64,000 nucleotides of DNA from an uncultured delta proteobacterium (GCA_963713045.1 CAVQKE010000004.1:800001-864000), one strand, 5' to 3'; positions 19,252 through 29,844 are shown, counted from the first letter of the stretch. Notes: generated by a model not told the origin, from the sequence alone. Program-made: numbers and translations.

Positions 19252-20256
19252 ATGAAGATTTGTGTGGTAGGAGCCGGGGCCATCGGCGGGCTGTTGGCGG
19301 TCAAGCTCGCAGCGCTGGGGGAGAACGTCACCGTCATCGCCCGGGGTCCGCATCTTGAGGCCATTCGTTCGCAGGGGATGAAGCTCCTCGAAGAAGACAC
19401 GGAAATCGTCGCGCGGCTGAGCGCGACGCAACGCATCAGCGAGGCTGGGCCGCAAGACCTCGTCATCCTCGCAGTGAAGGCACATCAGCTGGGTGCGGTG
19501 GCAACGGACATCAAGTCCCTCTGCGGACCGCGGACGGTCATCGTCACCGCACAGAACGGCATCCCGTGGTGGTATTTCTTCAACAATGACGGCCCCTGCC
19601 AAGGGACGGTCCTTCAGAGCGTCGACCCCGGCGGAACCATCGCCGCCAACATCGACGCGGCAAATGTCCTTGGCTCAATCATTTACCCGGCCGCCGAGAT
19701 TGTCGCACCCGGCATTATCCGCCACATCGAGGGTGACAGGATTTCTTTGGGCGAACTCAACGGCGCGGAAACCGAGCGGCTGCGCTCGCTGACGCAGCTG
19801 CTACGGGAGGCTGGCTTCAAGGTGCGCATGACGAAGGACCTCCGCTCCGAGATTTGGGTGAAGCTGTGGGGAAACTGCACCTTCAACCCCATCAGCGCGC
19901 TGACCCACGCTACCCTCGTCGACATCTGTCGGTTTTCGCCGACACGGTCGCTCGTGGAGAGCGCGATGCGGGAAGCGCAAACCATTGGCGAGCGGCTAGG
20001 AGCTCATTTCGGCGTGTCGCTGGACAAGCGCATTGCCGGTGCCGAGGCCGTTGGGGAGCACAAAACCTCGATGCTGCAGGACGTGGAGACGGGCCGCCCG
20101 CTGGAAGTCGAAGCGCTGGTCGGGTCGGTGATTGAACTTGGGACGCTCACCGGCTCGCCTACGCCCAGCCTGTCGGCGCTCTACGCATGTACCAGCCTTT
20201 TGGCAAAGGTCCTTCGGGACTCGCATGGGCGACTAAGAGTCGAACCGCTTTCCTGA
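19252..20256 (+). CDS. 2-dehydropantoate 2-reductase family (PanE2/oxalyl-CoA reductase-like)
   Basis: GAGAIG, QNGIPWWYF, IWVKLWGN..FNPISALT, HKTSMLQD. Confidence 0.88.
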   Translation: MKICVVGAGAIGGLLAVKLAALGENVTVIARGPHLEAIRSQGMKLLEEDTEIVARLSATQRISEAGPQDLVILAVKAHQLGAVATDIKSLCGPRTVIVTAQNGIPWWYFFNNDGPCQGTVLQSVDPGGTIAANIDAANVLGSIIYPAAEIVAPGIIRHIEGDRISLGELNGAETERLRSLTQLLREAGFKVRMTKDLRSEIWVKLWGNCTFNPISALTHATLVDICRFSPTRSLVESAMREAQTIGERLGAHFGVSLDKRIAGAEAVGEHKTSMLQDVETGRPLEVEALVGSVIELGTLTGSPTPSLSALYACTSLLAKVLRDSHGRLRVEPLS

Positions 20257-20375
20257 GGCGGGCCCTGCCATCGGGGACGCCTTCGTTCTTCCCTGACGTC
20301 AGCCTCGAAGCGACGGAACGCGCCTAGCGGGTTTACCACGGCGTAGATGGCCGAAGGACGCCGACTGAGAGACGC

Positions 20376-21449
20376 TCAACCCTCTGTGCCCGCTTCTGTT
20401 TGTTGCACGGTGCGTTGCTCGCGGCGCTCAGCCAGCAGGTCACGCACGACAATTTGGGCGACCGCCACGGCTGGAACCGCGACAATGGCACCTGCGATGC
20501 CCATCAGCTCCGCGAGGAAAAGGATAGCCAGCAGCGTCACGAGGGGGTCGAGATGCACGGTCCGGCGGTAGACATATGGGCCTAGGACGTTACCCTCGAA
20601 CTGCCCATAGAGAATGAAGTAACCGGCGACGAGCGCTGCTTTGACTACGCCACTGGTCAACAAGGTCACGACCGTCACCAGCACAGCGACCGAGAGTGGC
20701 CCAGCATACGGGACAAGGCTCGAAAACCCGCTGAGAATCCCGAGCGGCAGGAAGAAGGGAATGTGCAGAACCGCCAAGCAGATGGTGGTCAGCGTCGCAT
20801 TCACACTGCAGATGACCAACAGACCGCCCAGGTACCCTCCGATTGAGCTGTAGGAGCGTGAGATAATTCGCTCCCATCGACGGCGAACGGCTGCATCGAG
20901 TTGACGGACAAAGCTCGAAACCAGGCCAGGCCCAAACACCAGCATAAAGGCAACCAACGCCGCCATGGTCGCAACACCGGCCACCGCTGAGACGACGCCT
21001 CCGATGGCACCAAGCACTGGACTCGCGCCGGTCTTGGCCAGACTGGGCACGTTGTCGCGAAGCACTTGCTCGACACCGAAGTGCTCGTCGAGCACCTTGA
21101 ACATGCGCGATTTTCGAATCTCATCGAGCAGTTTTGGAGCCTGCTGGATGAGTTCACTGCCCTGACTTACCGCCGCCGGGATAATCAACAGCAGCACCCC
21201 GCTGAGCAGCAGCAGGGCGGCCACTACAACAATGGCGATCGCCCAGGGTCGACGGATGCGCCGACGCTGGAGAAGGTGCACCGGGTGATTCAGAGCGATG
21301 GCCACCATTGCCGCGCAGGCAGTCAGCGTCAGCATCCCCCGCGTCCGCACGACGAAGATGATGAGGGCTGCCGTCGCGGTGACAGCGAAGCAGACTGTGA
21401 AGGCAGTCTTCAGCGTCACCTGAGATGCGTGCGGAGGAGCGCGCGCCAT
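20376..21449 (-). CDS. AI-2E family transporter
   Basis: Multi-TM; VPYAGP, QFEGNVLGP, GAIVAVP. Confidence 0.88.
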   Translation of the reverse strand: MARAPPHASQVTLKTAFTVCFAVTATAALIIFVVRTRGMLTLTACAAMVAIALNHPVHLLQRRRIRRPWAIAIVVVAALLLLSGVLLLIIPAAVSQGSELIQQAPKLLDEIRKSRMFKVLDEHFGVEQVLRDNVPSLAKTGASPVLGAIGGVVSAVAGVATMAALVAFMLVFGPGLVSSFVRQLDAAVRRRWERIISRSYSSIGGYLGGLLVICSVNATLTTICLAVLHIPFFLPLGILSGFSSLVPYAGPLSVAVLVTVVTLLTSGVVKAALVAGYFILYGQFEGNVLGPYVYRRTVHLDPLVTLLAILFLAELMGIAGAIVAVPAVAVAQIVVRDLLAERREQRTVQQTEAGTEG

Positions 21450-21690
21450 TCAACCTACGTTGCTGCTGGGCCGACTGAGAAGCAAGGGGCCGTTTCCGAT
21501 TTGCGACCCTCGTTCCAGACAACCGGTGGTTGAGAGAGCAACCTAAAGCGCCGTCCGCTCATCGCACCGCAGACATCGTGCCGGCGCTAACCAAGTCACA
21601 CAATGGGCTTGAACCAGGTGCGCCACAGCGCGATGTTCCATGGGATACCACGTAGGTTTCGGAGGTGGCACTGACTGAGCGCGTGTAAGC

Positions 21691-23007
21691 TTGCCACCAC
21701 TGATTCCTGGAGGGTTCGTGACCGAAGCGTCCAGAGGCAAGCCGCCCGCGATCCGATGGCTCCAGCTGGCCTTCGGCATCATCTGCATGGTGATGATTGC
21801 GAACCTGCAGTACGGATGGACCTTCTTTGTTGGCCCCATCGACCAGAAATTCCACTGGGGTACGACAGCGATTCAGGTCGCGTTTAGCATCTTCATACTC
21901 ACCGACACCTGGCTTGTACCCTTCGAAGGGTACCTCATCGATCACTTTGGACCGCGCGCGGTCGTCCTCGGAGGCGGCGTTCTGGTCGGAGTCGCCTGGG
22001 TAACGAACTCGGTGGCCCATTCGCTGCCCGTTCTCTACTTCGCGGCCGGGCTCGGGGGTGCTGGCGCTGGCGCCGTGTACGGCACGGCGGTGGGCAACAC
22101 ACTCAAGTGGTTTACCGATCGCCGCGGTCTGGCGGCTGGCCTCACCGCGGCGGGATTCGGGATCGGGACCGCGTTTACCGTGTCGCCCATCAGAAACCTC
22201 ATTGCGACTCACGGCTATGAGGTGGCGTTCCTGACCTTTGGCCTCATTCAGGGCCTCTCGGTGATTTTCTTTGGCTTCTTCCTACGGGCGCCGAAACCCG
22301 GCGAGGTTCCGCCCGCGCAGCTGCCACGCCAATCGCAGACGGCGCGGAACTACCAATGGATAGAAGCAATCAATACTCGAATGTTCTGGACCATGTACGT
22401 GATGTTCGTGATGGTTGCCTCCGGTGGACTCGTCGCAGTCGCGCAGCTGGCACCGATGGCCAAGGACTTCAAGGTCGCCGACGTGCCAGTCACGCTCCTT
22501 TGGTGGACCTGGCCGGCTCTGACCTTCACAGCCAAACTCAACGCGTACATGAATGGGCTCACCCGACCATTCTTCGGGTGGGTGTCCGACCATCTCGGCC
22601 GTGAGAACACGATGTTCGTCGCCTTCGTTTTAGAAGGGCTGGGGATTCTACTGATGTTGCATTACGCCACAGACCCAAAATTATTCGTTGTGCTGTCGGG
22701 CCTGGTGTTCTTCGCTTGGGGCGAAATCTACAGCCTCTTCCCCGCGACCTGTGCCGACATCTTTGGGCGAAAGTACTGCACCACCATCTACGGCATCCTC
22801 TACACAGCAAAAGGCACGGCTTCGCTTCTGGTGCCGCTCGCGAGCTACGTCAGTCACCGCGCCTCTGGGTGGGCCCTCGTCTTCACCATTGCTGCCTCAC
22901 TCAACTTCATCGCCGCCCTGTTGGCCATTCTCGTCCTACGACCTGCTCGGATCCGCGCAATGAGCAACGAGCTGATTCCGGACGCAATGGGAATCACGCG
23001 CATCTGA
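21691..23007 (+). CDS. oxlT: Oxalate:formate antiporter family MFS transporter
   Basis: RWLQL..GIICMVMIANLQYGWTFFV, GLTRPFFGWVSD.LGRENTM, WGEIYSLFP, LYTAKG. Start approximate. Confidence 0.88.
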   Translation: MPPLIPGGFVTEASRGKPPAIRWLQLAFGIICMVMIANLQYGWTFFVGPIDQKFHWGTTAIQVAFSIFILTDTWLVPFEGYLIDHFGPRAVVLGGGVLVGVAWVTNSVAHSLPVLYFAAGLGGAGAGAVYGTAVGNTLKWFTDRRGLAAGLTAAGFGIGTAFTVSPIRNLIATHGYEVAFLTFGLIQGLSVIFFGFFLRAPKPGEVPPAQLPRQSQTARNYQWIEAINTRMFWTMYVMFVMVASGGLVAVAQLAPMAKDFKVADVPVTLLWWTWPALTFTAKLNAYMNGLTRPFFGWVSDHLGRENTMFVAFVLEGLGILLMLHYATDPKLFVVLSGLVFFAWGEIYSLFPATCADIFGRKYCTTIYGILYTAKGTASLLVPLASYVSHRASGWALVFTIAASLNFIAALLAILVLRPARIRAMSNELIPDAMGITRI

Positions 23008-23257
23008 CCGCGAGCGCCGCTTTTTAGGCGACAGGTAGGTCTCTACAAGACGGGATTTTCGGCGGTCGCGCTGCTTATTCGGCGCATCCACTGCGCGGAC
23101 CCTGTCTGCGCCAGGCACCGCCTTGAGCTTCAAGCGGGTCGCAAGTCGCCCCAGGCGCGGGAAGCTGCGCGGCGTCTGCGCAGTGGAGATGCCGCGTCAA
23201 ATGCCGGGGACGGGTATTCAAGTTTGCGCCGATGATTCTGCTTGTACCAGCCTGACG

Positions 23258-23337
23258 ATGTCGCGCTCGTCGTCATCGGCGGAAGCGACTCCGGAGTCAG
23301 CGCGGCCTTTCGCGCAACTGAGCTGAGTCGTGCTTAA
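23258..23337 (+). pseudogene. 5' remnant of a flavoprotein disulfide reductase (paralog of 38107-39516)
   Basis: MSR/LVVIGGSDSGVSAAFRATELSRA* versus SRLVIIGGSDAGVSATLRAREL in the intact gene; 1-nt deletion then a stop. Confidence 0.7.
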
Positions 23338-23341
23338 GCAT

Positions 23342-23647
23342 CTAAGGGGCGCGGCAGTCCTCGAATTGACTCTGGCCATGACGCGTTATTGGCGTACGGC
23401 ATGCATCTGCCGAGGAACTGCCGCCTGTCGGGTTGCGGCCCGCGATGAGGCCCCACAAGGCAACGGTTGAAACCACTAGGTACATGAAGAAACCGTAAAC
23501 GCATGCGGGGTAGCCGAACGCTGTCCCCGGACTCCCTGGACTGGGGTAGACCGTGATGCTGCTCCCGAAAACCTCCTGGTAGGAGAGGATTCCCGAGAAA
23601 ACGACCCCGAAGACTGCAACACCCGAGATGATTTGTAACGCGCGCAT
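23342..23647 (-). CDS. Small two-TM membrane protein (VKOR N-half-like)
   Basis: Two hydrophobic helices around PSPGSPGTAFGYPACVYG; GGAGGAG RBS. Confidence 0.6.
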   Translation of the reverse strand: MRALQIISGVAVFGVVFSGILSYQEVFGSSITVYPSPGSPGTAFGYPACVYGFFMYLVVSTVALWGLIAGRNPTGGSSSADACRTPITRHGQSQFEDCRAP

Positions 23648-23696
23648 CGTGATTCTCCTCCGTCTTGCCGAGAGTTCGAGTGGGGGCTCACGTGAC

Positions 23697-25682
23697 TCAT
23701 ACGGCAAACGGATAGGTCTCAGGCACACCGACGCGCGCCGTTGGCGTCGCCAGGGGATGGAGCGCCTCTGACGCGTCGAACCAAATGTATTCGTCGAACT
23801 GCTGTGCCAATAGGGCCGCGAAATAGTGGCTTTGGAGCTCTGTTTCGGGGCGATAAACGACCCCGATGGCACGTTCCAGCCTGCTCCTCATAAACTCATC
23901 GCGCACCGAGTCATGGAGTGGGAGGCGCAACGGAAGTAGGAGTGCCGGAACTGACGATTCATGAAAGACGCGCTCGTGGCTAAATTGATGCGCAGGTCGA
24001 ACCCGCATAATCTCCATGGGCTCGTCCCAATCCTGCGCCGCCGCCACCGTTCCGTGGTCAGTGCCGAAGCCAATGTGGAACGAGTCGTCCCCGAAATGTT
24101 GCCTCGCCAGCTGGCCGATGTTGAACTCCCCTCGCGAACCCATTTCGGTGGCGGCCGCATCGCCACAGTGAGAGTTATGGGCCCAGACGATGGCTTTGGA
24201 AGCCGGTCCACGCTCTTCCAGAATGGCGAGCAGGGTGTTGAACATGTGCTGGTCGCGCAGATTCCAGGACTCGCGTGAGCCACGGAACATCGCTCGGTAA
24301 TAACGCTCTGCGTCGACCACCAGCTGCGCGTTTTGAGCAGCGTCGAAGAATCGATAGCCATCATGACGCGCGTACTCCAGTCGGCGCCTCAAGAGGTCCG
24401 TCAGCGCTTCAGTGACCTCCTCCTCGACCTTCGGCGTTTGGCCGAGAAAAGCGGCTCGACCGTACGCGGTGGGGTCGGACTCCCACGGTGTGAGTCGGCC
24501 ATAGCGGGCTTTGGCTGCAGTGGCCGCTCGCACGTCCACCGTCTTGAGGTATGTGATGACGGCAGCGGCGGAGGTGAAGAGGCTATAGAGATCAAGACCA
24601 AAAAAACAGACTCTTCGGTTCACGTCCGCGACCTCGGCGTTGAAGGCCCTTAGCCAGGCAACAAGGTCGCTTGCCTCTTGGTTTCGCCACATCCAGGTCG
24701 GAAAGCGCGAGAAGGCGGTGAATCGATGCTCAGACGGCTTGAGGTTCCGCACATGACGGTCGATTCGTGAAGCGTCGGGCCAGTCCGCCTCCACAGCGAC
24801 CACGTCGAACCCCCGGCGAAGGACGAGCTCGCGCGTGATGCGCGCCCTCATTCGGTAGAATTCCGACGTCCCGTGTGTTGCCTCGCCCAGTAGCACCACG
24901 CGTGCATTGCCAATACGGTCCAACAGAGGGGCGAGATTGACGGTCTCGATGTCTTCCAGGTGCTCGCTCGCCTCGCGAACCAAGGATGGCAAACCTCGTG
25001 AGCGGGCCACCGCCGGAATCGCACGGCCCGGGGAGGTGCTCCACCCTTGTTCTCCAATGAGAGGGACGAAGCGAACGGGTTCGAGCTCCTCTCGTATGAG
25101 CTCGGTCCCGACTTTCCGGAGTCGGATGAGCACCTGCTCATCGCCATGGCCGAGCGGCATTACCAGGTGTCCACCTTCGGCAAGCTGGTCAACGAGTGCG
25201 CGGGGAACGGCGGGACTACCGGCTGCGACGACGATGGCGTCATAAGGGGTATCTTCCGGCCAACCCAAGCTGCCATCCCCGTGGTGCACATGAACATTCC
25301 CGTAACCGAGCCCTTCGAGTCGGGCGGTTGCACTCGCGGCCAGAGCTGGCAGGCGCTCAACGGTATGGACCTCGCGCGCAAGTCGCCCGAGGACCGCGGC
25401 GGCGTACCCGGAGCCGGTCCCCACCTCCAACACCCGCTCGGTGCCACGTAGCCTTAGAAGTTCGAGCATCAGCGCGACGATGTAGGGCTGTGAGATGGTC
25501 TGCCCTTCCTCGATGGGAAGTGGGACGTCCTCGTACGCGTACTCTTGGAGCTCGGGACGCACGAAGGCATGCCGAGGGACCTCACCCATGGCCTTCAGAA
25601 CCTGGGCATCAGTGATACGACTCTCTCTCGTCCAGGCCCGTACCATCCGCTCGCGACATTCTTTAAAGAGAAGTTCATCCAT
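23697..25682 (-). CDS. pcm: Protein-L-isoaspartate O-methyltransferase fused to an erythromycin-esterase family domain
   Basis: GQTISQPYIVA, LEVGTGSGY, VRFVPLIG; then LLGEATHGTSEFY, WNLRDQHM, VWAHNSH. Confidence 0.9.
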   Translation of the reverse strand: MDELLFKECRERMVRAWTRESRITDAQVLKAMGEVPRHAFVRPELQEYAYEDVPLPIEEGQTISQPYIVALMLELLRLRGTERVLEVGTGSGYAAAVLGRLAREVHTVERLPALAASATARLEGLGYGNVHVHHGDGSLGWPEDTPYDAIVVAAGSPAVPRALVDQLAEGGHLVMPLGHGDEQVLIRLRKVGTELIREELEPVRFVPLIGEQGWSTSPGRAIPAVARSRGLPSLVREASEHLEDIETVNLAPLLDRIGNARVVLLGEATHGTSEFYRMRARITRELVLRRGFDVVAVEADWPDASRIDRHVRNLKPSEHRFTAFSRFPTWMWRNQEASDLVAWLRAFNAEVADVNRRVCFFGLDLYSLFTSAAAVITYLKTVDVRAATAAKARYGRLTPWESDPTAYGRAAFLGQTPKVEEEVTEALTDLLRRRLEYARHDGYRFFDAAQNAQLVVDAERYYRAMFRGSRESWNLRDQHMFNTLLAILEERGPASKAIVWAHNSHCGDAAATEMGSRGEFNIGQLARQHFGDDSFHIGFGTDHGTVAAAQDWDEPMEIMRVRPAHQFSHERVFHESSVPALLLPLRLPLHDSVRDEFMRSRLERAIGVVYRPETELQSHYFAALLAQQFDEYIWFDASEALHPLATPTARVGVPETYPFAV

Positions 25683-26118
25683 GACGGTTCCCGGTGCCGG
25701 CAAGAAACCGACGTCCTGATCGCGTTGTGGATCTGCGCTGAGTGCGTGTCTTCCCGCTGCCCACCCAGGCGCAGACGTCGCTGGCTGTAACAATTCCAAC
25801 CAATCGGCCGCCCTGCATCACCGGAAGGCAACCGATGCTCCGGCCTCGGAACTGGTTCGCGGCCTCGCGCATTGTCATGTCAGGTGTCGCCACCGCGGGG
25901 TTCTTCGTCATGAGCTCTTCGACGGTTCGGCCTCTCCGGACCGCCTCTCCGGCATGGCCGCCCAAGTCGTCGCTCGTGAGGACTCCCTCGACGTTGGCGC
26001 CATTCATGACCACGAGATGGTGAATGGCATCGCGCTGCATCCGAAAAAAAGCGGCTTCCGCGTTCTCTTCCTTAGTGGCGGTTCGCACCGCCCGCACCAT
26101 GACTTCGCTGACTCGCAT
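25675..26118 (-). CDS. CBS-domain protein
   Basis: Two CBS repeats (IHHLVV, IGCLPV..GRLVGIVT). Confidence 0.88.
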   Translation of the reverse strand: MRVSEVMVRAVRTATKEENAEAAFFRMQRDAIHHLVVMNGANVEGVLTSDDLGGHAGEAVRRGRTVEELMTKNPAVATPDMTMREAANQFRGRSIGCLPVMQGGRLVGIVTASDVCAWVGSGKTRTQRRSTTRSGRRFLAGTGNRHG

Positions 26119-26645
26119 GGCGGCCTCCAACTGGAGCGCAACACGCCCCTGTTACTACTCAAATCTGTCCATGTTTGGAGGAAGAGCAAGGACTGCTCCT
26201 GCACGCTCTGGAGAGAACAGCTTCTAGGGTTGCGCAGACTTTGCGTCTGAAGGCCTCTCGCGGAATCGCTTTCGCACAGAATTCGCCGCGAGAGCGGGTT
26301 CAGCCGCTCGACGTCGCGCTGAGGCCATTAGGCCCCTCCGCCTCGTGGGGCGAGAGCAGCCGCGGCCATTGCATTCGATCGAGGCTTCAATGCCAATTTC
26401 TGGGCCGCGTCTTCAAAATCCAACCCACGGGCACTCGCGGGCAAAACTTTGTGGTATGGGGCTGCGTTTGGCTTTCGCGACACGGGGCTGATCCTCGCTC
26501 GCGGGCGCACGTATGTCCGCTTGGGCACCGGCTGTGGCAAACCCGGGTGACAGCGAAGCGCGCACGAACGCGCGCGACTCATGACGAAAAGGCCCAATTT
26601 TGCCGCCGCAGCGGCCCCATGGGCGCACAAAACGCGGGGAAGAGC

Positions 26646-27551
26646 TCAGGCCTCGCTTCGCGGCGTTGCTTCTTCCCGGACCGGTCGGGCCCACGGCATC
26701 GTCGACATCAGCTCGCCCGTCGCCAGGGTAGCTGCGAAAATCAGTGTTAGCGGCAACCAGGTGCCGCCGAGGCTCGCGAAAATGGCGATGCTCCGTTGGA
26801 CGACCCCGGCGACAATTATTAAATCGAGAAGCGCGACGGCCCCAACGAATGCAAGTGCTGTGGGTAGCGGATCTCGCGCGCCGGGTGCCCGAAAGTAGTG
26901 AATTGAAATTGCGATGAAGAAGACGGGGGCCAACAGCCCGTGGAGAACGAGCGCAGGTCGCAGACTCATGAGCGACAGCAGAACGGCCATGAGCGACGCA
27001 CAGAGTGCCCAGCCCAGCGCTGCATGGAGGAGCAGGACTACGCCCGAGCTACCAGCTTGCGCCACGACTGGACGCGGTCGTGCCATCGGCAACGCCGCTG
27101 CGACCTCTGAAGCCCAACTTCGAATCATAGCCGGGTCCCGCCAATCGCCCGCGTGTTTTCTTGCGAGCGCGCTGTCCGCGTCTGAGCTGAGGCGGCCACC
27201 GAAGGTGACGTGCCCCTGGGCGCCAATGCGCTCCATCAGCCTCTGCACCTGCCGCGTTGGCGGGATGCCGCGGACGGCTGAGTCATCGAGTGGTCCGCTG
27301 GAGAAGCACCATACGGGAACCCTGCGCAAGTCCCGTTGCCGGACTCTGACGAATCGACGCGCATCGGCGTGCCACCGGTTCGCGTATAACGCCCCGCCGA
27401 CAATCACGGCGTCGAAGCCTGAGAGCTTGCTTGCCTCGCCAGCCGGCCGCACGTCCACCTGGAACCCTGCCCGCCGGAGGTCCTCGCCAATGATCTGGGC
27501 GATTCGCTCGGTCCCTCCCCGTTTAGAACCGCAAGTGATCAACACGCGCAT
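26646..27551 (-). CDS. HemG-like flavodoxin domain fused to a C-terminal membrane domain
   Basis: GSKRGGTERIA, DAVIVGGALY, FSSGPL, GDWRD; then about 4 TM helices. Confidence 0.82.
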   Translation of the reverse strand: MRVLITCGSKRGGTERIAQIIGEDLRRAGFQVDVRPAGEASKLSGFDAVIVGGALYANRWHADARRFVRVRQRDLRRVPVWCFSSGPLDDSAVRGIPPTRQVQRLMERIGAQGHVTFGGRLSSDADSALARKHAGDWRDPAMIRSWASEVAAALPMARPRPVVAQAGSSGVVLLLHAALGWALCASLMAVLLSLMSLRPALVLHGLLAPVFFIAISIHYFRAPGARDPLPTALAFVGAVALLDLIIVAGVVQRSIAIFASLGGTWLPLTLIFAATLATGELMSTMPWARPVREEATPRSEA

Positions 27552-27836
27552 GACCTGCCCTACCCTTGCAACCAACACGCCAGAGCCCCTCTGCCCTTCC
27601 GACTGGAACTAGCCGATAGCGGTGCGCAGGGATTGCATGTGGCTGGGGCCAAACGTCAGGATTAGAGCGGACCGTGAGCCTCTTCTGCTGTTGAACGGGT
27701 CCGGACCAAGCCGGCACCAGCACTCTGGACTACGTGAGCGCGTTTGAGCCAATGAGAACGCCAGAGAGTGCGAGTGCTCTCCGGCGCTTTCACAGCAATG
27801 CGGTTGGCGCTTGCACTACGTGAGCTTGCTCAGCGA

Positions 27837-29057
27837 CTACTCGTCGCAGCTCCCGAACATCTCGTCCATCACTTTGGACGTCTTGTCGCAAGCGTGGTTC
27901 AGGCAGGGGAGGCCGAAGCCAGCCTCAAGCGTTCGAAGCAGCGAGTAGTGGTCGTATGGGGTGCTGACCACACGGCCGTTGGGCGCGTAGTTGGTCTCAA
28001 CCAACATGACGACGCGATTCGCCGCATTCGAGTAATCGTTCTCGTCCCACGTCAGCACAATGACGTTGCGGCCTTCTTTCCACGCCCGCGAAGCCTTGAT
28101 GCCCTTGACCAGTTTCTCCACCTCGGCGTCGCCTTGGGCGATGAGAAGATTTGTTTCGGTTTGCGTGTTGGCGCTGCAGATTGGGGTGCCGCCCGAGACG
28201 AAACCATGCATGTCATGGCACTGATTCGGAACGATGAAGGCCAAGGCTGGAATCTCACGCTGCAGATCTGCCCAAAAGCCGCGATCGCCATCGAAATCCT
28301 GAACACGCTCAAGGCTCAGCTCCGGGTTGTCGCCAACTTCAATGTTCTGAAAGTAGACGAAGGGATCGTGCTTGACAGCGTAGAGCTTCTGAATCGGCCC
28401 TGGTGCAAATACCGAAGTGGGGCTCATGCTCGAGTAACTGCCATCCGAATAATTGATGCCGAACACGCCAGGCTGAACGGTGGGCAGGCTCTCCTGGTAC
28501 GTCTTCCAGCGGCGGCCGGTTTCTACGAGCTGATCTGCGATTGACTTGGGCGTGAAGTACGTCGACGGGTAATCGTAAAGAGCGCAGTTGTTGGGAACAG
28601 GAGCCCCAGTAATGGTCAGCTGGCCGTTGCACTGGCTGTCATTGGTCGCAGTGGCTACGACCCCATTGTCAAGACCGGCGACCGCAATCGGAGTTACCGC
28701 ATTCTCGCAGCCGGTACTGTTCGGTGCGTTGTCGATACACCCAAGGTTGACCCAATTCGGCCAGTAGTCATTCGAGACGCCGAAGTTCGACCCTCCCATC
28801 ACTTCCAAATAGTTCGGTGCACTCGGGTGCCCAACGGCGAAGTAGTTTGAAGCGCGATTTGTGACCTGAGCGTACGCGTTGATGAAGGGCGCATTCGGAT
28901 TTCCAAGAATGTCGGTGTCCGTTTGGTTCTCCATCATGATGAAGAAGACGTGGTCGAGTCGTCCAAATCGACTCTTTGGCTCACCATTGTCCCAAGCACG
29001 AGCTGTGGTGCTCGCGAGCACAGCCGCCGCTGCGAAGACGACTAGCCTTCTGTTCAT
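27837..29057 (-). CDS. Secreted phosphoesterase (acid phosphatase/phospholipase C family)
   Basis: Signal peptide, HVFFIMMEN, HPSAPNY, KHDPF, HDMH, TWDE, DHYSLLRTLE. Confidence 0.88.
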   Translation of the reverse strand: MNRRLVVFAAAAVLASTTARAWDNGEPKSRFGRLDHVFFIMMENQTDTDILGNPNAPFINAYAQVTNRASNYFAVGHPSAPNYLEVMGGSNFGVSNDYWPNWVNLGCIDNAPNSTGCENAVTPIAVAGLDNGVVATATNDSQCNGQLTITGAPVPNNCALYDYPSTYFTPKSIADQLVETGRRWKTYQESLPTVQPGVFGINYSDGSYSSMSPTSVFAPGPIQKLYAVKHDPFVYFQNIEVGDNPELSLERVQDFDGDRGFWADLQREIPALAFIVPNQCHDMHGFVSGGTPICSANTQTETNLLIAQGDAEVEKLVKGIKASRAWKEGRNVIVLTWDENDYSNAANRVVMLVETNYAPNGRVVSTPYDHYSLLRTLEAGFGLPCLNHACDKTSKVMDEMFGSCDE

Positions 29058-29728
29058 GTTTTTCCCCCTCCGGGTTGGGGAGGTGGACGTCGCATCTAGA
29101 GATGACGCGCGCGTGATCGCTCCGCAACAAATGAGCGCGCTCGCAAGCGAAGCGCTCAGCTAGGGCTTTCATCGCGAGGCCCCTTTGCCGGGCGCGGTAC
29201 CACGTCTCGCTAACTGCAACCGTGGTCGGAGAGGCACGTCGACAGAAAGGCAGTCGCGGTGGGGCTTCCCCAACGCGGTGCGGCGCCTCAACGAGGCGCT
29301 CGAGCTGTTTCTCGTGGGTATGAGGGGCTGGGACGCGGCGCCCAAAATGGTGCGAACGCTGGCCGGTGACCGACGCGGAGCGTCAATACTTAACTTGGTC
29401 GGCCCACTGCACCGCTCCGTCAAGTGACTGCGCTCTATGCGAAGACGGCCGACGAAGACGTCCGCGCGCCCTCTCAAAGCTGCCGCCGACTGTCCCGCGC
29501 GAAAGCGACGCTCAGAAGCCCGCACAGGACAGCTCTAACGATGACCCGGGAATCTAGTGTTTCTACCAGTTCCACCACCTGGGAAAGTTGGGGGTTACGC
29601 GAAGCCCGCGGATTTACCGGTGGTCGCTCGAGAAACAAGCCTGCGCTTGTTGCGCGATCCGCGCGGCTTGGCCGTCGACCGGCAACAGAATCTGCAGGGC
29701 GAGTGAGGGCTGCTCCAGCAAAGACGCC

Positions 29729-29764
29729 TTGACTATGTCGCACATTTCCAGAAACATAGAAATG
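29729..29764 (+). promoter_or_regulatory. Putative ArsR operator/promoter upstream of arsN2
   Basis: TTGACT followed by the palindrome CATTTC-CAGAAACATA-GAAATG. Confidence 0.6.
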
Positions 29765-29844
29765 ATGCCGCTTCGTGTGTCTCTGTTACTGTGGCGGGCT
29801 CACTCGCAGTCGACGATGAGAGCAACCAGGGAGAAGAGGCTCGC

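Noticed and set aside
21605..21626. GGCTTGAACCAGGTGCGCCA as a second att copy of the tRNA 3' end
   Set aside because: Several mismatches and gaps, and it is in the opposite orientation to the tRNA.
29060..29720. ORFs between the phosphoesterase and arsN2
   Set aside because: Short, mutually overlapping, with no motif or RBS support.
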